From: an uncultured Spirochaetota bacterium
GTDB taxonomy: Bacteria > Spirochaetota > Brevinematia > Brevinematales > JAOACQ01
DNA length: 64,000 nucleotides
Assembly: GCA_963768055.1 (NCBI GenBank)
Contig: CAVYGN010000001.1
Coordinates: 128,001 to 192,000 of the forward strand
Direction: 5' to 3'
This document shows positions 50,201 to 59,121 of the stretch, piece after piece (within the stretch, counting starts at the first letter, position 1; each line of letters begins with the position of its first letter). The notes below the pieces were generated by a model, which was not told the origin of the DNA, ran no database searches, and saw nothing but the letters and a program-made list of their open reading frames with translations. The position numbers were made by a program, and so were the translations under genes.

Positions 50201-51949
50201 ATGTCTGAAAGAGAAAACTTTGTAGCAAAAAAGATCGAAAGCATGAGCTTGGCCGAAAAAGTGGGACAGCTCTTAACATTTACTTGGCGCGGCGCAATAC
50301 TAACACCGAGTTGTATCGAACAAATCACGAAATTAAATGCAGGCGGACTTTGTCTGGAACCGTACACACAGGAAACCTTCAAAAACCTTTACTGGGGGAA
50401 TTCCCAATACGATAAGACCTTTAAAAAACCTGCCGATTATTTCACGATCGCTCTTACTTATTTTGATCCTCACAATAACGGGATCAGTGTAACACCGGAA
50501 GAACTGACCGAGGCTCTGAATAAAGTACAGAAAATCGCTATGAACAGGCCTTCCGGGATTCCGCTGCACGTTACTATAGATTTTGAAGGTGATTTTAAAA
50601 ACGATTACACCTCGGGCGGGATAAGACAGTTTATCTCAAACATGGGACTCACAGCAATCGGTGATCCGGAGCTTACTTACAAGGTCGGCCTGACCATTGC
50701 TAGGCAATTGAGCGCTATCGGAGTGACGCAGATGTATTCCCCGGTATGCGATGTAAATATCAATCCTAAAAATCCCGAAATCGGCATCAGATCCTTCGGC
50801 GACGACCCGAAGAAGTGCGCGGAGCATGTAACCGCGATAGTAAAGGGTTACCAGGACGGCGGCATAGCAGCGACAGCGAAGCATTATCCCGGCAGAGGGG
50901 ATTCCGCGACAGACGCGCACGACGTGCTCGATCGCTGCAAGGGCGATAAAAAGAGAATGAATGAGGTCGAATTAGTTCCCTTTAAAGCCGCCATAGCGGC
51001 AGGAACGAAGGCAGTTATGACCGCGCATACCGTATATCCGGCTTATGATGAAGAATACCCTGCCACCTTATCAAGGAAAATTCTCACCGACCTCTTGAAG
51101 GGTGAATTGGGATTTAATGGTGTAATAGTTTCGGACGCGATCGGCATGGCCGCCATTCTCAAGAAATGGCCGCTTCCCAGGGCCTGCGTAATGGCTATAA
51201 AAGCGGGCGTGGATACGATTCTTTTAAAGGCGGACGATGAATCTCGCGTGCAATGTTTTTTCGGAATCAAGATGGCGGTAGAGTCCGGCGAGATACCGAT
51301 GGAAAGGCTAAATGATGCGGTAAGACGTCTCCTTATCATGAAATACGACCAGGGCTTATTTGAAAAAGCAGGCAAAGGGGATCCGAAAAAAACCAGTTCC
51401 ATAGCGAGAAGCAAGGAAGTCATCGATTTTTCGTGGGAAGTAGCGGGAAAGGCCCTTCTGGTCATTCGCGATGATAAAAAGATATTGCCGCTTAAGAAAG
51501 AAAAGAAAATACTTGTTATCGAGCAGTGTATCCCCTACGAATTCCTCGGCAAGGATATGTACAGCCATCCCCACATGTTTTGCGAGGCCATGACCGCTCA
51601 ATACTCAAACCTGATTCTGGATGATACGCAATTCCATGCCACAGATGAAGATGTTGCCGAAGCCCTGGAACTCGCAAAGCAGGCGGACCTGGTAGTCATG
51701 ACCAATTATTTCGCACGCATCGAGAAAAGGGGAAACAACCAGCATCTGGTTAAAAAATTAAAAGAAGCAGGACATACGGTAGTTGTCGTGACCAACTATC
51801 CGTATATTGAAGGAACCACTAAAGAGGCAGATGCGGTAGTCTGCAATTTCAGCGCTTCACCCGATTCGATAAGGATCTCTGCGGATCTCCTTTTCGGAAC
51901 GGTCAAAACTTCACCTTCAACCAAAATGCCCATAAGGATAGGTGTTTAA
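50201..51949 (+). CDS. GH3 beta-N-acetylhexosaminidase-like protein
   Basis: IDFEG, PVCDVN.NP.NP.IG.RSFG, KHYPGRG..ATDAH, VMTAH, VSDAIGM. Confidence 0.85.
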   Translation: MSERENFVAKKIESMSLAEKVGQLLTFTWRGAILTPSCIEQITKLNAGGLCLEPYTQETFKNLYWGNSQYDKTFKKPADYFTIALTYFDPHNNGISVTPEELTEALNKVQKIAMNRPSGIPLHVTIDFEGDFKNDYTSGGIRQFISNMGLTAIGDPELTYKVGLTIARQLSAIGVTQMYSPVCDVNINPKNPEIGIRSFGDDPKKCAEHVTAIVKGYQDGGIAATAKHYPGRGDSATDAHDVLDRCKGDKKRMNEVELVPFKAAIAAGTKAVMTAHTVYPAYDEEYPATLSRKILTDLLKGELGFNGVIVSDAIGMAAILKKWPLPRACVMAIKAGVDTILLKADDESRVQCFFGIKMAVESGEIPMERLNDAVRRLLIMKYDQGLFEKAGKGDPKKTSSIARSKEVIDFSWEVAGKALLVIRDDKKILPLKKEKKILVIEQCIPYEFLGKDMYSHPHMFCEAMTAQYSNLILDDTQFHATDEDVAEALELAKQADLVVMTNYFARIEKRGNNQHLVKKLKEAGHTVVVVTNYPYIEGTTKEADAVVCNFSASPDSIRISADLLFGTVKTSPSTKMPIRIGV

Positions 51950-52838
51950 TGTGGTTTACGACATCACGTTCATAGGGCACATGTGCTATGATGAGATAAT
52001 TCCCTTCGGTGGAAAACCCCTCGTTGCCCCCGGCAGCGCGGTATTATGCGGCGCCATGGTCGGTGCGAGGATCGGAAAACGGATAGCGGCGGTAGTAAAG
52101 ATGTCGCCTGAAGACGAGAACATTCTGGAGCCGCTAAAAAAAGCAGGAGTCGATATATACCTCATTCCGTCGGGCGTGACTACGTATTCAAGGGTCCTGC
52201 ATGAATCGGAAAACGTCGATCTGCGCAAACTCACGATCGTCAGAACCGCGGGCATCATATCGATTAACGATGTTCCGCGGCTTGAATCAAAATGCATTCA
52301 TCTGGCGGGTATTTCCGATTCCGAATTCGATATGCACCTCATGGAAGGCCTCGCAGCAAGGGGATATAGCCTGTCCGCGGATATGCAGAGTTTTGTCCGG
52401 CAGATAACGCCCGGTACTAACGAGATTATATTCGGTGATGTAAAGAATAAAAAAGAAATCTTCGGACTCTCGGATAAAGTTAAGCTGGATATAGTGGAGG
52501 CGAAGATACTGACCGGAACGGACAACCTCGAGCAGGCAGCGGTCATCATGGAAGAATGGAGCGGCCGCCCTGAAATAATAATTACTCATTCCCAAGGCGT
52601 TCTGGCAAGAGTGAAAGGAAAAACGTATTATGAGAAGTTTTCGAACAGAAGCGTCGTGGGCAGGACAGGTAGAGGAGATACGACCTTTGCGGCTTATCTT
52701 TCCTGGAGACTGGAGCATGACGTGGCAGAATCCCTGAAGTTTTCGGCGGCTCTCGTATCGATTAAAATGGAAAGCACCGGACCTTTTAAGGGAACGCTCG
52801 CAGATGTTATGCATAGAATAAAGGAAAGTCATTCGTGA
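51942..52838 (+). CDS. PfkB family carbohydrate kinase
   Basis: IGHMCYD, KLDIVEA, IIITHSQG, RTGRGDT anion hole. Confidence 0.8.
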   Translation: MFNVVYDITFIGHMCYDEIIPFGGKPLVAPGSAVLCGAMVGARIGKRIAAVVKMSPEDENILEPLKKAGVDIYLIPSGVTTYSRVLHESENVDLRKLTIVRTAGIISINDVPRLESKCIHLAGISDSEFDMHLMEGLAARGYSLSADMQSFVRQITPGTNEIIFGDVKNKKEIFGLSDKVKLDIVEAKILTGTDNLEQAAVIMEEWSGRPEIIITHSQGVLARVKGKTYYEKFSNRSVVGRTGRGDTTFAAYLSWRLEHDVAESLKFSAALVSIKMESTGPFKGTLADVMHRIKESHS

Positions 52839-52898
52839 TGTAACGGGTATATAATAAATATGATAACAGGTCTCGCGATAGATAAAAGTCAATCTAAG

Positions 52899-53513
52899 TT
52901 AAATAACTTCAGTTCTGACAATTTTGCCAATTTCTGGTATATCTTCTAGAGGTTGTATTATTCTAAGACCAATATTTGTAAAAGGGCTATAATTAATTTT
53001 TTTAAAAATATCCGGATCAATTATTATTTGGTTACTTTCAGCAATCGAGCAGTATTTTGCTGCAATATTAACCCTGTCACCCACATAATCCTCTGATAAT
53101 GCAGGTAAATTAAATCTATGCCCTCTTCCATAACTTATTCCCATTCCAACAGTAATATCACTTGATCCTCTAATAGTTGTTTCTTTCATTTCATGATTAA
53201 ATCTATTAATATAATCAACACACTTTTTTATTGTGTTCTTTAATTCTAGAATTAAATTACCTGGTTTATCTAATTCATATTCATCAACTGAAAAAAAACC
53301 ATCACCCAAAAATTTTACAATTCCGGTAGGGCAAACATATTGACGATCTCCTACATTCAGAACATAATTACCAAAAACATCGATTGCTACAGAATATAGT
53401 ATATTCAACATATCGGCAATATCCATTTGATTGTCTTTTGACCAAGGCGTAAATTCCCTAACATCACAAAAAGTAAAAATAGCTGAAATATTAGTAAAGT
53501 TTTCTAGTTTCAA
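52899..53513 (-). CDS. Stand-alone class III adenylate/guanylate cyclase domain protein
   Basis: FCDVREFT, VKFLGDG, GMGISYG, DYVGDRVNIAAK; TTG start 7 nt after AAGGAG; AT-rich. Confidence 0.8.
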   Translation of the reverse strand: MKLENFTNISAIFTFCDVREFTPWSKDNQMDIADMLNILYSVAIDVFGNYVLNVGDRQYVCPTGIVKFLGDGFFSVDEYELDKPGNLILELKNTIKKCVDYINRFNHEMKETTIRGSSDITVGMGISYGRGHRFNLPALSEDYVGDRVNIAAKYCSIAESNQIIIDPDIFKKINYSPFTNIGLRIIQPLEDIPEIGKIVRTEVI

Positions 53514-53666
53514 ACATTATCTCCTTTTATATATTTCCTCTTAACATATTGAAATGAAAATAATATTTTGTCAAAATTCGTCCATATAGGATACGAAATA
53601 AAGTGCAGAATTTCCATCTTTATTCGTTTTTAGGGATGTTATACTCCTATTCTTTTAATGTGCCAT

Positions 53667-53695
53667 TTGACAACAAATAATTAATGACATATAAT
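53667..53695 (+). promoter_or_regulatory. Consensus sigma70 promoter in the island
   Basis: TTGACA-N17-TATAAT. Confidence 0.7.
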
Positions 53696-53727
53696 GTAGC
53701 ATAAATAAATTGTTATGAGGTGTATTT

Positions 53728-54240
53728 TTGGAAAATCCAATTTTAGTTTTTAAGAGAGGGTGGCATTTTCGTCTCGGTAATATTTATATTTTTATTGCAG
53801 AACAACCTGACATTCATGAAGATGAAATGAAAAAAACTTATGAATGCCATGTGATTTATGGAAATAACAAAGCTGAAATAAAAGGCTTTGTAATGCAATT
53901 TTCCTGCTCTAAAAATGACTTTGTGATATTTCAAAAAGAATACCCTGATTTTTTGTTAAATCAAGCAATCCGATGGGCAGAAGAAAAGATACAATCAATC
54001 CTTATCGATTTTATTAAGGCTGGAAAACTTGATGAAAGCCAAACAAGAGAAATAAATTATCAAATAACGGATAAAAGAGAGCTTTTGGAAATGTATTTGA
54101 ATCCAGATTTTAAAAAAGAATACAGAAGAATACTTGGGTCTATCGCACAAAATACAAAGAATCGTGAGTTTAAAGAGGAAATAAATAAATGGCTAACAAG
54201 TCATTTAGAACTTAATAATGATGATGCAATTGAATATTGA
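53728..54240 (+). CDS. Hypothetical protein (AT-rich island)
   Basis: 170-aa ORF with GAGGTG RBS and an upstream consensus promoter; no recognised motif. Confidence 0.6.
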   Translation: MENPILVFKRGWHFRLGNIYIFIAEQPDIHEDEMKKTYECHVIYGNNKAEIKGFVMQFSCSKNDFVIFQKEYPDFLLNQAIRWAEEKIQSILIDFIKAGKLDESQTREINYQITDKRELLEMYLNPDFKKEYRRILGSIAQNTKNREFKEEINKWLTSHLELNNDDAIEY

Positions 54241-54822
54241 TGTATGTTAAAATTGCTCTGAGGATTGGTTTCTTAGTAGCAGCAATTATAGCTTTAATAT
54301 TTATCAACGTGAAAAAACTTGGCAGAATATAGGTTTTATTACATGTTCGGCTGTAGCTATTGGATTTTTATTGTAATTTTGAATAGATAATAATGTCGAT
54401 TTTCCTTTCTCTGACATACAAGAATCCGGGCGATAAAGAAGCCGCTAAGATAGAGAAGGATTACAAGGCCTCGATGAAAGACTTCCTTTTATACAGTATC
54501 TATCGGGAAGCTAAAATCCCTTTTCATCGAGATTACTATAGAAGTAATGAATGATGTTAGGTCAAAAAAATCACAGGGAGTTTTTATGATTTTAAAATTT
54601 TTTTTGAAATGGTTTGGAATTAAAGATATAATCTGGTTAATTGTATTAATATTATCAGTTGTTGCGGTTATTTTCTATTTAAAGCCTACCGTTGATTTTA
54701 AATCGCTAGCAGAGATTTTATTTTATATTTCTGGTTGTATTTTAGCTATTGTTGGTATAATAGGCTTATCTCAAACCCCGTGTGTTAGGATAGTTGTCGC
54801 CTAAAATATTAGGAGACAAAAA

Positions 54823-55305
54823 ATGAATAGTCAAATTCGTTCAGAGGAATTCAGGAAATCTATCGTTCAAAAGATGTGTATGCCAGGAGGAAAAACAGTA
54901 TCTGAACTGAGCCAGGAAATAGGAGTATGTGAACAAACCCTTTACAACTGGAGGAAAATGATCCAGAATAATGTATCCAGAGGATTCCAGGATAGAAGCC
55001 CGAGAGGCTGGAAATTATCTGATAAATATCAGGCGGTAGTAGACGCAGCAAGCCAATCGGGAGAAGAGTTAGGACAGTGGTTGAGAAAAAATGGTCTCCA
55101 GTCGACTCATATCGAACTCTGGAAACAGGAGTGTTTATCAGTGATATCTAATAACTCATACAGAGAAGAAAACAAGGGTTTGAAAGCAAAAATCATAGAG
55201 TTAGAAAAAGAAATTAACCGTAAGGATAAAACTATAGCCGAGGTTACTTCTCTGCTGGTGCTTAAAAAAAAACTGAACAAGCTGTTCGGGATCGAGGAAG
55301 ATTAA
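54823..55305 (+). CDS. IS3 transposase OrfA
   Basis: HTH (ELSQEIGVCEQTLYNWR), leucine zipper, LLVLKKK at the frameshift window. Confidence 0.9.
   Translation: MNSQIRSEEFRKSIVQKMCMPGGKTVSELSQEIGVCEQTLYNWRKMIQNNVSRGFQDRSPRGWKLSDKYQAVVDAASQSGEELGQWLRKNGLQSTHIELWKQECLSVISNNSYREENKGLKAKIIELEKEINRKDKTIAEVTSLLVLKKKLNKLFGIEED
55264..55273 (+). other. Programmed -1 frameshift site
   Basis: A9C run; the -1 frame is open from 55266 into OrfB (KKTEQAVRDRGRLTPLDIR). Confidence 0.8.
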
Positions 55306-55310
55306 CTCCA

Positions 55311-56339
55311 TTGGATATACGCATAGATATCTGTGCCTTGATTAATGAGGCTGTTACGACAGGGGCCAGCAGGGATAAGGCTTGTGAAGAATCTGGCTAT
55401 GATATAAGGACCATACAGCGCTGGAATAAAAATCTTGAGGGAGACAGAAGAAAATTGAGAAATGTAATGCCTTCAAATGCCCTGTCGGCCGAAGAAAGGG
55501 AGGAGATCATCTCCTGCTGTTGCAGCGAGAGATTTAGAGATATGACGCCGAATGAAATAGTGCCCATGCTGGCAGAGGAAGGTCGGTATATAGCATCAGA
55601 ATCATCTTTTTACCGCGTTTTAAAGGACAATGATTTGCTGCACCATAGATACGAAACGAAGCCGAAAACGGCAAGGAAAACGCCAAGAGAACTGGAAGCG
55701 ACGGGTCCTAATCAGGTATGGAGTTGGGATATTACATATATATCCAGTCATATAAAAGGTAAGTATTTCTACCTCTATATGATCGAAGATGTCTGGAGCC
55801 GTAAGATAGTCGGCTGGAAAATGCACGAGGAGGAAAGCTCTGATCATGCCGCAAGAATGGTGGCAGAGATCGGAGAAACCATTGATTTGAAAGGCTTGTA
55901 TTTACATTCTGATAATGGTTCTCCTATGAAAGGGGCTACGATGTTAGCGACCTTGCAGAGGTTACAGGTTATGCCGTCGTTTTCAAGGCCGAGTGTAAGT
56001 AACGATAACCCTTACTCAGAATCATTGTTTAAAACATTGAAATATAATGTGAAATACCCAGGCAATTTCGAGACAATGGAATCGGTAGAAATATGGATGC
56101 AAAATTTTGTAGACTGGTATAATAATAAACATCTTCATTCAGGGATCGGATATGTCACACCAGCACAGAGACATGAAGGTAAAGATAAGGCGATACTCCT
56201 GAAGAGAGCGGAAACTTATGCGGCTGCAAAAAGCAGACATCCTGAAAGATGGTCAGGAGAATCTAAAAAATGGGAACGGATAGAATCGGTATTTTTAAAC
56301 CCGAGTAAGACTAACAAGGAATCGTTGGTTGCGGCGTAA
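55311..56339 (+). CDS. IS3 transposase OrfB (DDE)
   Basis: WSWDITY, HSDNGSP, NDNPYSESLFKTLK, HSGIGYVTP. Confidence 0.95.
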   Translation: MDIRIDICALINEAVTTGASRDKACEESGYDIRTIQRWNKNLEGDRRKLRNVMPSNALSAEEREEIISCCCSERFRDMTPNEIVPMLAEEGRYIASESSFYRVLKDNDLLHHRYETKPKTARKTPRELEATGPNQVWSWDITYISSHIKGKYFYLYMIEDVWSRKIVGWKMHEEESSDHAARMVAEIGETIDLKGLYLHSDNGSPMKGATMLATLQRLQVMPSFSRPSVSNDNPYSESLFKTLKYNVKYPGNFETMESVEIWMQNFVDWYNNKHLHSGIGYVTPAQRHEGKDKAILLKRAETYAAAKSRHPERWSGESKKWERIESVFLNPSKTNKESLVAA

Positions 56340-57020
56340 AATAAAAGCGACAACTCCCTTGACAAAAACCGCAAATAGTAATAGCGAAGGATGATATAAA
56401 AATAAGATCTCAGAGAGAAGCTGCTCAAATTGCAGCTACTCAGTGTGATTTCTTTACAAATACAATTTGTAAACAGTCTAATGGAATACTGATTGATTTA
56501 TTAAATGCAAAAGTCACAGAAATAGATGGATTGAGGCAAGTTTATGATATTAATTTTAAAGATCAAATATTTATTAATAAAATAATAAACTGGCTAATTA
56601 ATAATAAAACTACACTTGGATCTCAGCCAAATTTTTTAAAAAGAATTATTGAAATTATTGATTCATTAGAATCTTTTTCATTATACTTTACAATGGATAT
56701 TGCGGAAGAAAAAATGGCATTTCCTTGTATAGGTTACTCATTTTGTAAAATTGTTGAATGTTATTTGCCTTTTGTATATATTGCACTCCAGGATTATAAA
56801 TATGATTACCATAATTTAAGATTATTATTTGATAGTTGGAGTAAAAAATTAGAAAAAGCTAAAATTGCAAATTTGGTATTGGAAAAAGAACAGGAAAAAG
56901 CTAATATTTTATCTGAAAAAGAAAAAGAAATAGATCAATTGAAAGATTTAAGAGATAAGTTCAAAGAAGAAGTAAAAAAAACTATAGGTACAAATTATTA
57001 ATATTGTTTAGGTATAAAAA

Positions 57021-57303
57021 TTATTCATCCTCGAACTTTGCTTTAATTTCATCATCCGTCTTTATCTTCTGTGAAAAGGCCCACTTCTCGAGGTCGTCCC
57101 AGGTGAAATAAATCATCTTACCTCACGGCGATTTGAAATGTGGAATTTTCCTGGTGGAAGTAAGCTTGAAAAGAGTAGATTTTGAAAACAAAATGATACT
57201 GGGCCGCCTGAATGAGAGTAAGAGGCCTATGCCGTACCGCTTTTCTCTCAATAAGTAGTTTTTCGATCCGGTCGAGCCTGGCTATTATTTCATTTTATTT
57301 CAT
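57021..57303 (-). pseudogene. Decayed excisionase / HTH_17 DNA-binding gene
   Basis: AAGGGAG RBS, then M-K-stop-NEIIARLDRIEKLL; after frameshifts FSKSTLFKLTSTRKIPHFKSP-stop-GKMIYFTWDDLEKWAFSQKIKTDDEI. Confidence 0.75.
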
Positions 57304-57505
57304 ATATTTTTCTCCCTTATATTATAGAGCGTTATGGGTTAGAAATTATCGGGAAAGTGAAAAATATTTTCTGTTTTCTCAGATTTGCTTTATAATATCG
57401 TACTAATAGCACAGCAATGGGTTACTAAAACGTTACTTTTCTGGTTTAGGAAATATTATAAATGTTTATAATAAAAAGAATTAATAACTTAACAGGTTTC
57501 TCGCA

Positions 57506-58300
57506 GTGAAAATCGCTATAGCCGGCGGACTGGGCTTTGAGATGGAACTCCTGGAAATGCTTCAGGGTCACAAAATACTGCTTGTAGGCAGCGGCTACGA
57601 TTTAAAAAAAGAAAAGTTTCCGGTTTACAATAATGTCGAATTCATCGGGGAGTTCCTGACAAGGGGTTACGAGGCGTATTTTGCTGATTACGATATTTTC
57701 ATCGATGTCTCGGAAAGCCAGAAATCAAAATTCATATTGAATGACCTGGCATTGAAATTTCATAAAAAATATATCGCACTATTTTACGATCGGACCTGGA
57801 AGGTCGCATTATTATTACCCGATACTTGCCTTGAATGTCTTTTGCCTTACAGAAGCATGGGGCCGTATTTTCTTATTCCCGCCGTTCCTTTACCGTCTGT
57901 GTTATCGAAAATCAAAAAAGCCGTCGATACAGAGGAAGGAGGCAGTTATTATTCAGATCTCCCGGACGGGGCAAATATTAAAATACCTTTATCGGACTCC
58001 TGTATCGCTTCCGGCGGTAATCTCAGATTCCTCGGCGGGGAAATGGACGATGTTGTAGCCGTATCCTGTTCGGATCAATCGGTAGCTGTGACTCCTATGG
58101 AGGAAATAATACTTGATCTTGATTTTTACAGGCAGATATTGGCTAAGGAGACGAAGATCATAGGGCAGAATACTTTTTATCTTGAGTTTAGGATATACCA
58201 CTTTAACGCCCTGCTTTTCAGGCATGGAAGACTGATCGTAAAAGGAACGAAGGAAAAGAACACAGCCTTAGCCGTTTATAGAAGGTATATCGGAAACTGA
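57506..58300 (+). CDS. Degenerate ThiF/MoeB-like protein
   Basis: CLECL zinc motif and C-terminal FRHGRLIVKGTKEKNTALAVYRRYIG typical of long ThiF/MoeB; catalytic N-terminal motifs not recognisable. Confidence 0.6.
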   Translation: MKIAIAGGLGFEMELLEMLQGHKILLVGSGYDLKKEKFPVYNNVEFIGEFLTRGYEAYFADYDIFIDVSESQKSKFILNDLALKFHKKYIALFYDRTWKVALLLPDTCLECLLPYRSMGPYFLIPAVPLPSVLSKIKKAVDTEEGGSYYSDLPDGANIKIPLSDSCIASGGNLRFLGGEMDDVVAVSCSDQSVAVTPMEEIILDLDFYRQILAKETKIIGQNTFYLEFRIYHFNALLFRHGRLIVKGTKEKNTALAVYRRYIGN

Positions 58301-58310
58301 AAACCATTAA

Positions 58311-58781
58311 TTACATGGTTTGATCATAGGCTTTTTTATACTTCGGGTTTTTAACCATAAAGTCATAAATATCTTGCGAATGGATTTTATTATACTGAAT
58401 AAGGTCTTTTTCCGTCAAGCCGTAACTTTTGTAAAATTCCTTTCTTTTTTCTTCAAGGAACTTGGCGGATTTTTCGTCAAGTTCGCCGTTAGTGTTCTTA
58501 GTGCCGATACTTTCAGCGAGTTCTTTGAGCCAATTTTTTTGCTCGATATTAAATAGTATCCATATTTGAATAACCTTATCGGGACTGTCCAGGACGACTT
58601 TAGTACCTTTCTTGACGGTAATAATGTCAGAGAAATCATTTGTGTTTATTGCGGAGCTGCTGACAACAGATGAATTCGTACCGCCCTGCGACGTTGAAGA
58701 ATTATTGCCGCATTTAAATAGAAATAGAGATACAAAAAGAAAAGTAAAAAACAGGGATATAACTGTCAATAACTTATTCAC
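58311..58781 (-). CDS. Hypothetical lipoprotein
   Basis: Hydrophobic signal ending FLFKC followed by an S/T/N-rich tether; GAGGG RBS. Confidence 0.65.
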   Translation of the reverse strand: MNKLLTVISLFFTFLFVSLFLFKCGNNSSTSQGGTNSSVVSSSAINTNDFSDIITVKKGTKVVLDSPDKVIQIWILFNIEQKNWLKELAESIGTKNTNGELDEKSAKFLEEKRKEFYKSYGLTEKDLIQYNKIHSQDIYDFMVKNPKYKKAYDQTM

Positions 58782-58864
58782 CTTTTTTCCACCCTCATAA
58801 AAACAATATAAAAAAATATATTGTAAAAAGGGAAAAAAATCAAGGATTTAACGTGCGATTTTTC

Positions 58865-58975
58865 GGGCACTTTTAATAACCGCCTTTTCAAGGCGGGTAG
58901 GTAGTGCCCATTGGGCGGATTATAAATAATTAAAATGCTAATTGTTAATAACATTGGTAATTAATGGAACCGCCC
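58865..58975. mobile_element. MITE copy B (111 bp, no insertions)
   Basis: GGGC...GCCC ends with TTTC direct repeats at 58861-58864 and 58976-58979; 23/25 identity to copy A at the left end. Confidence 0.75.
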
Positions 58976-59005
58976 TTTCCTCTTTTCGATTCTATGCTTG
59001 ATTAT

Positions 59006-59034
59006 TTGAAAAAAAGGGATTTCTTAGCTATAAT
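59006..59034 (+). promoter_or_regulatory. Sigma70 promoter of the rodZ-rimO operon
   Basis: TTGAAA-N17-TATAAT. Confidence 0.6.
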
Positions 59035-59121
59035 ATAGGGGCGCTTCCCTGCGGGCACCTTCGGCCATTCGGATAGGAACGCAAGCGCCCTTACGGGGCA
59101 AGGATAAAAAGGAGAAAGTAG

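Larger units (their letters stand above)
54776..56371 (+). mobile_element. IS3-family insertion sequence (1596 bp)
   Basis: CAAA direct repeats at 54772-54775 and 56372-56375; imperfect IRs sharing AGTTGTCGC; orfA/orfB layout. Confidence 0.92.
54586..57001 (+). pseudogene. DUF4760-like membrane protein gene split by an IS3 element
   Basis: Removing the IS and one CAAA copy joins 54586-54775 to 56376-57001 as a stop-free 271-aa ORF (..IIGLSQ|IVIAKDDIKIRSQREAA..). Confidence 0.85.

Noticed and set aside
52287..52892. Long antisense or alternative-frame ORFs (also 2878-3354, 34439-34957, 47271-47729, 51043-51465)
   Set aside because: They shadow well-supported genes and have no motifs or RBS
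53684..53702. atgacatataatgtagcat as a second site for the RHH protein
   Set aside because: Only one partial match, largely explained by the TATAAT box in AT-rich DNA
52899..57001. Calling the island a Pycsar system
   Set aside because: The cyclase is divergent from the membrane gene, has ATP-type specificity residues, and no cNMP-binding, TIR or PycTM motif was recognised
57021..57303. In-frame TGA as selenocysteine or alternative genetic code
   Set aside because: The same gene also has TAA/TAG stops and frameshifts, and TGA terminates normal genes elsewhere in the window
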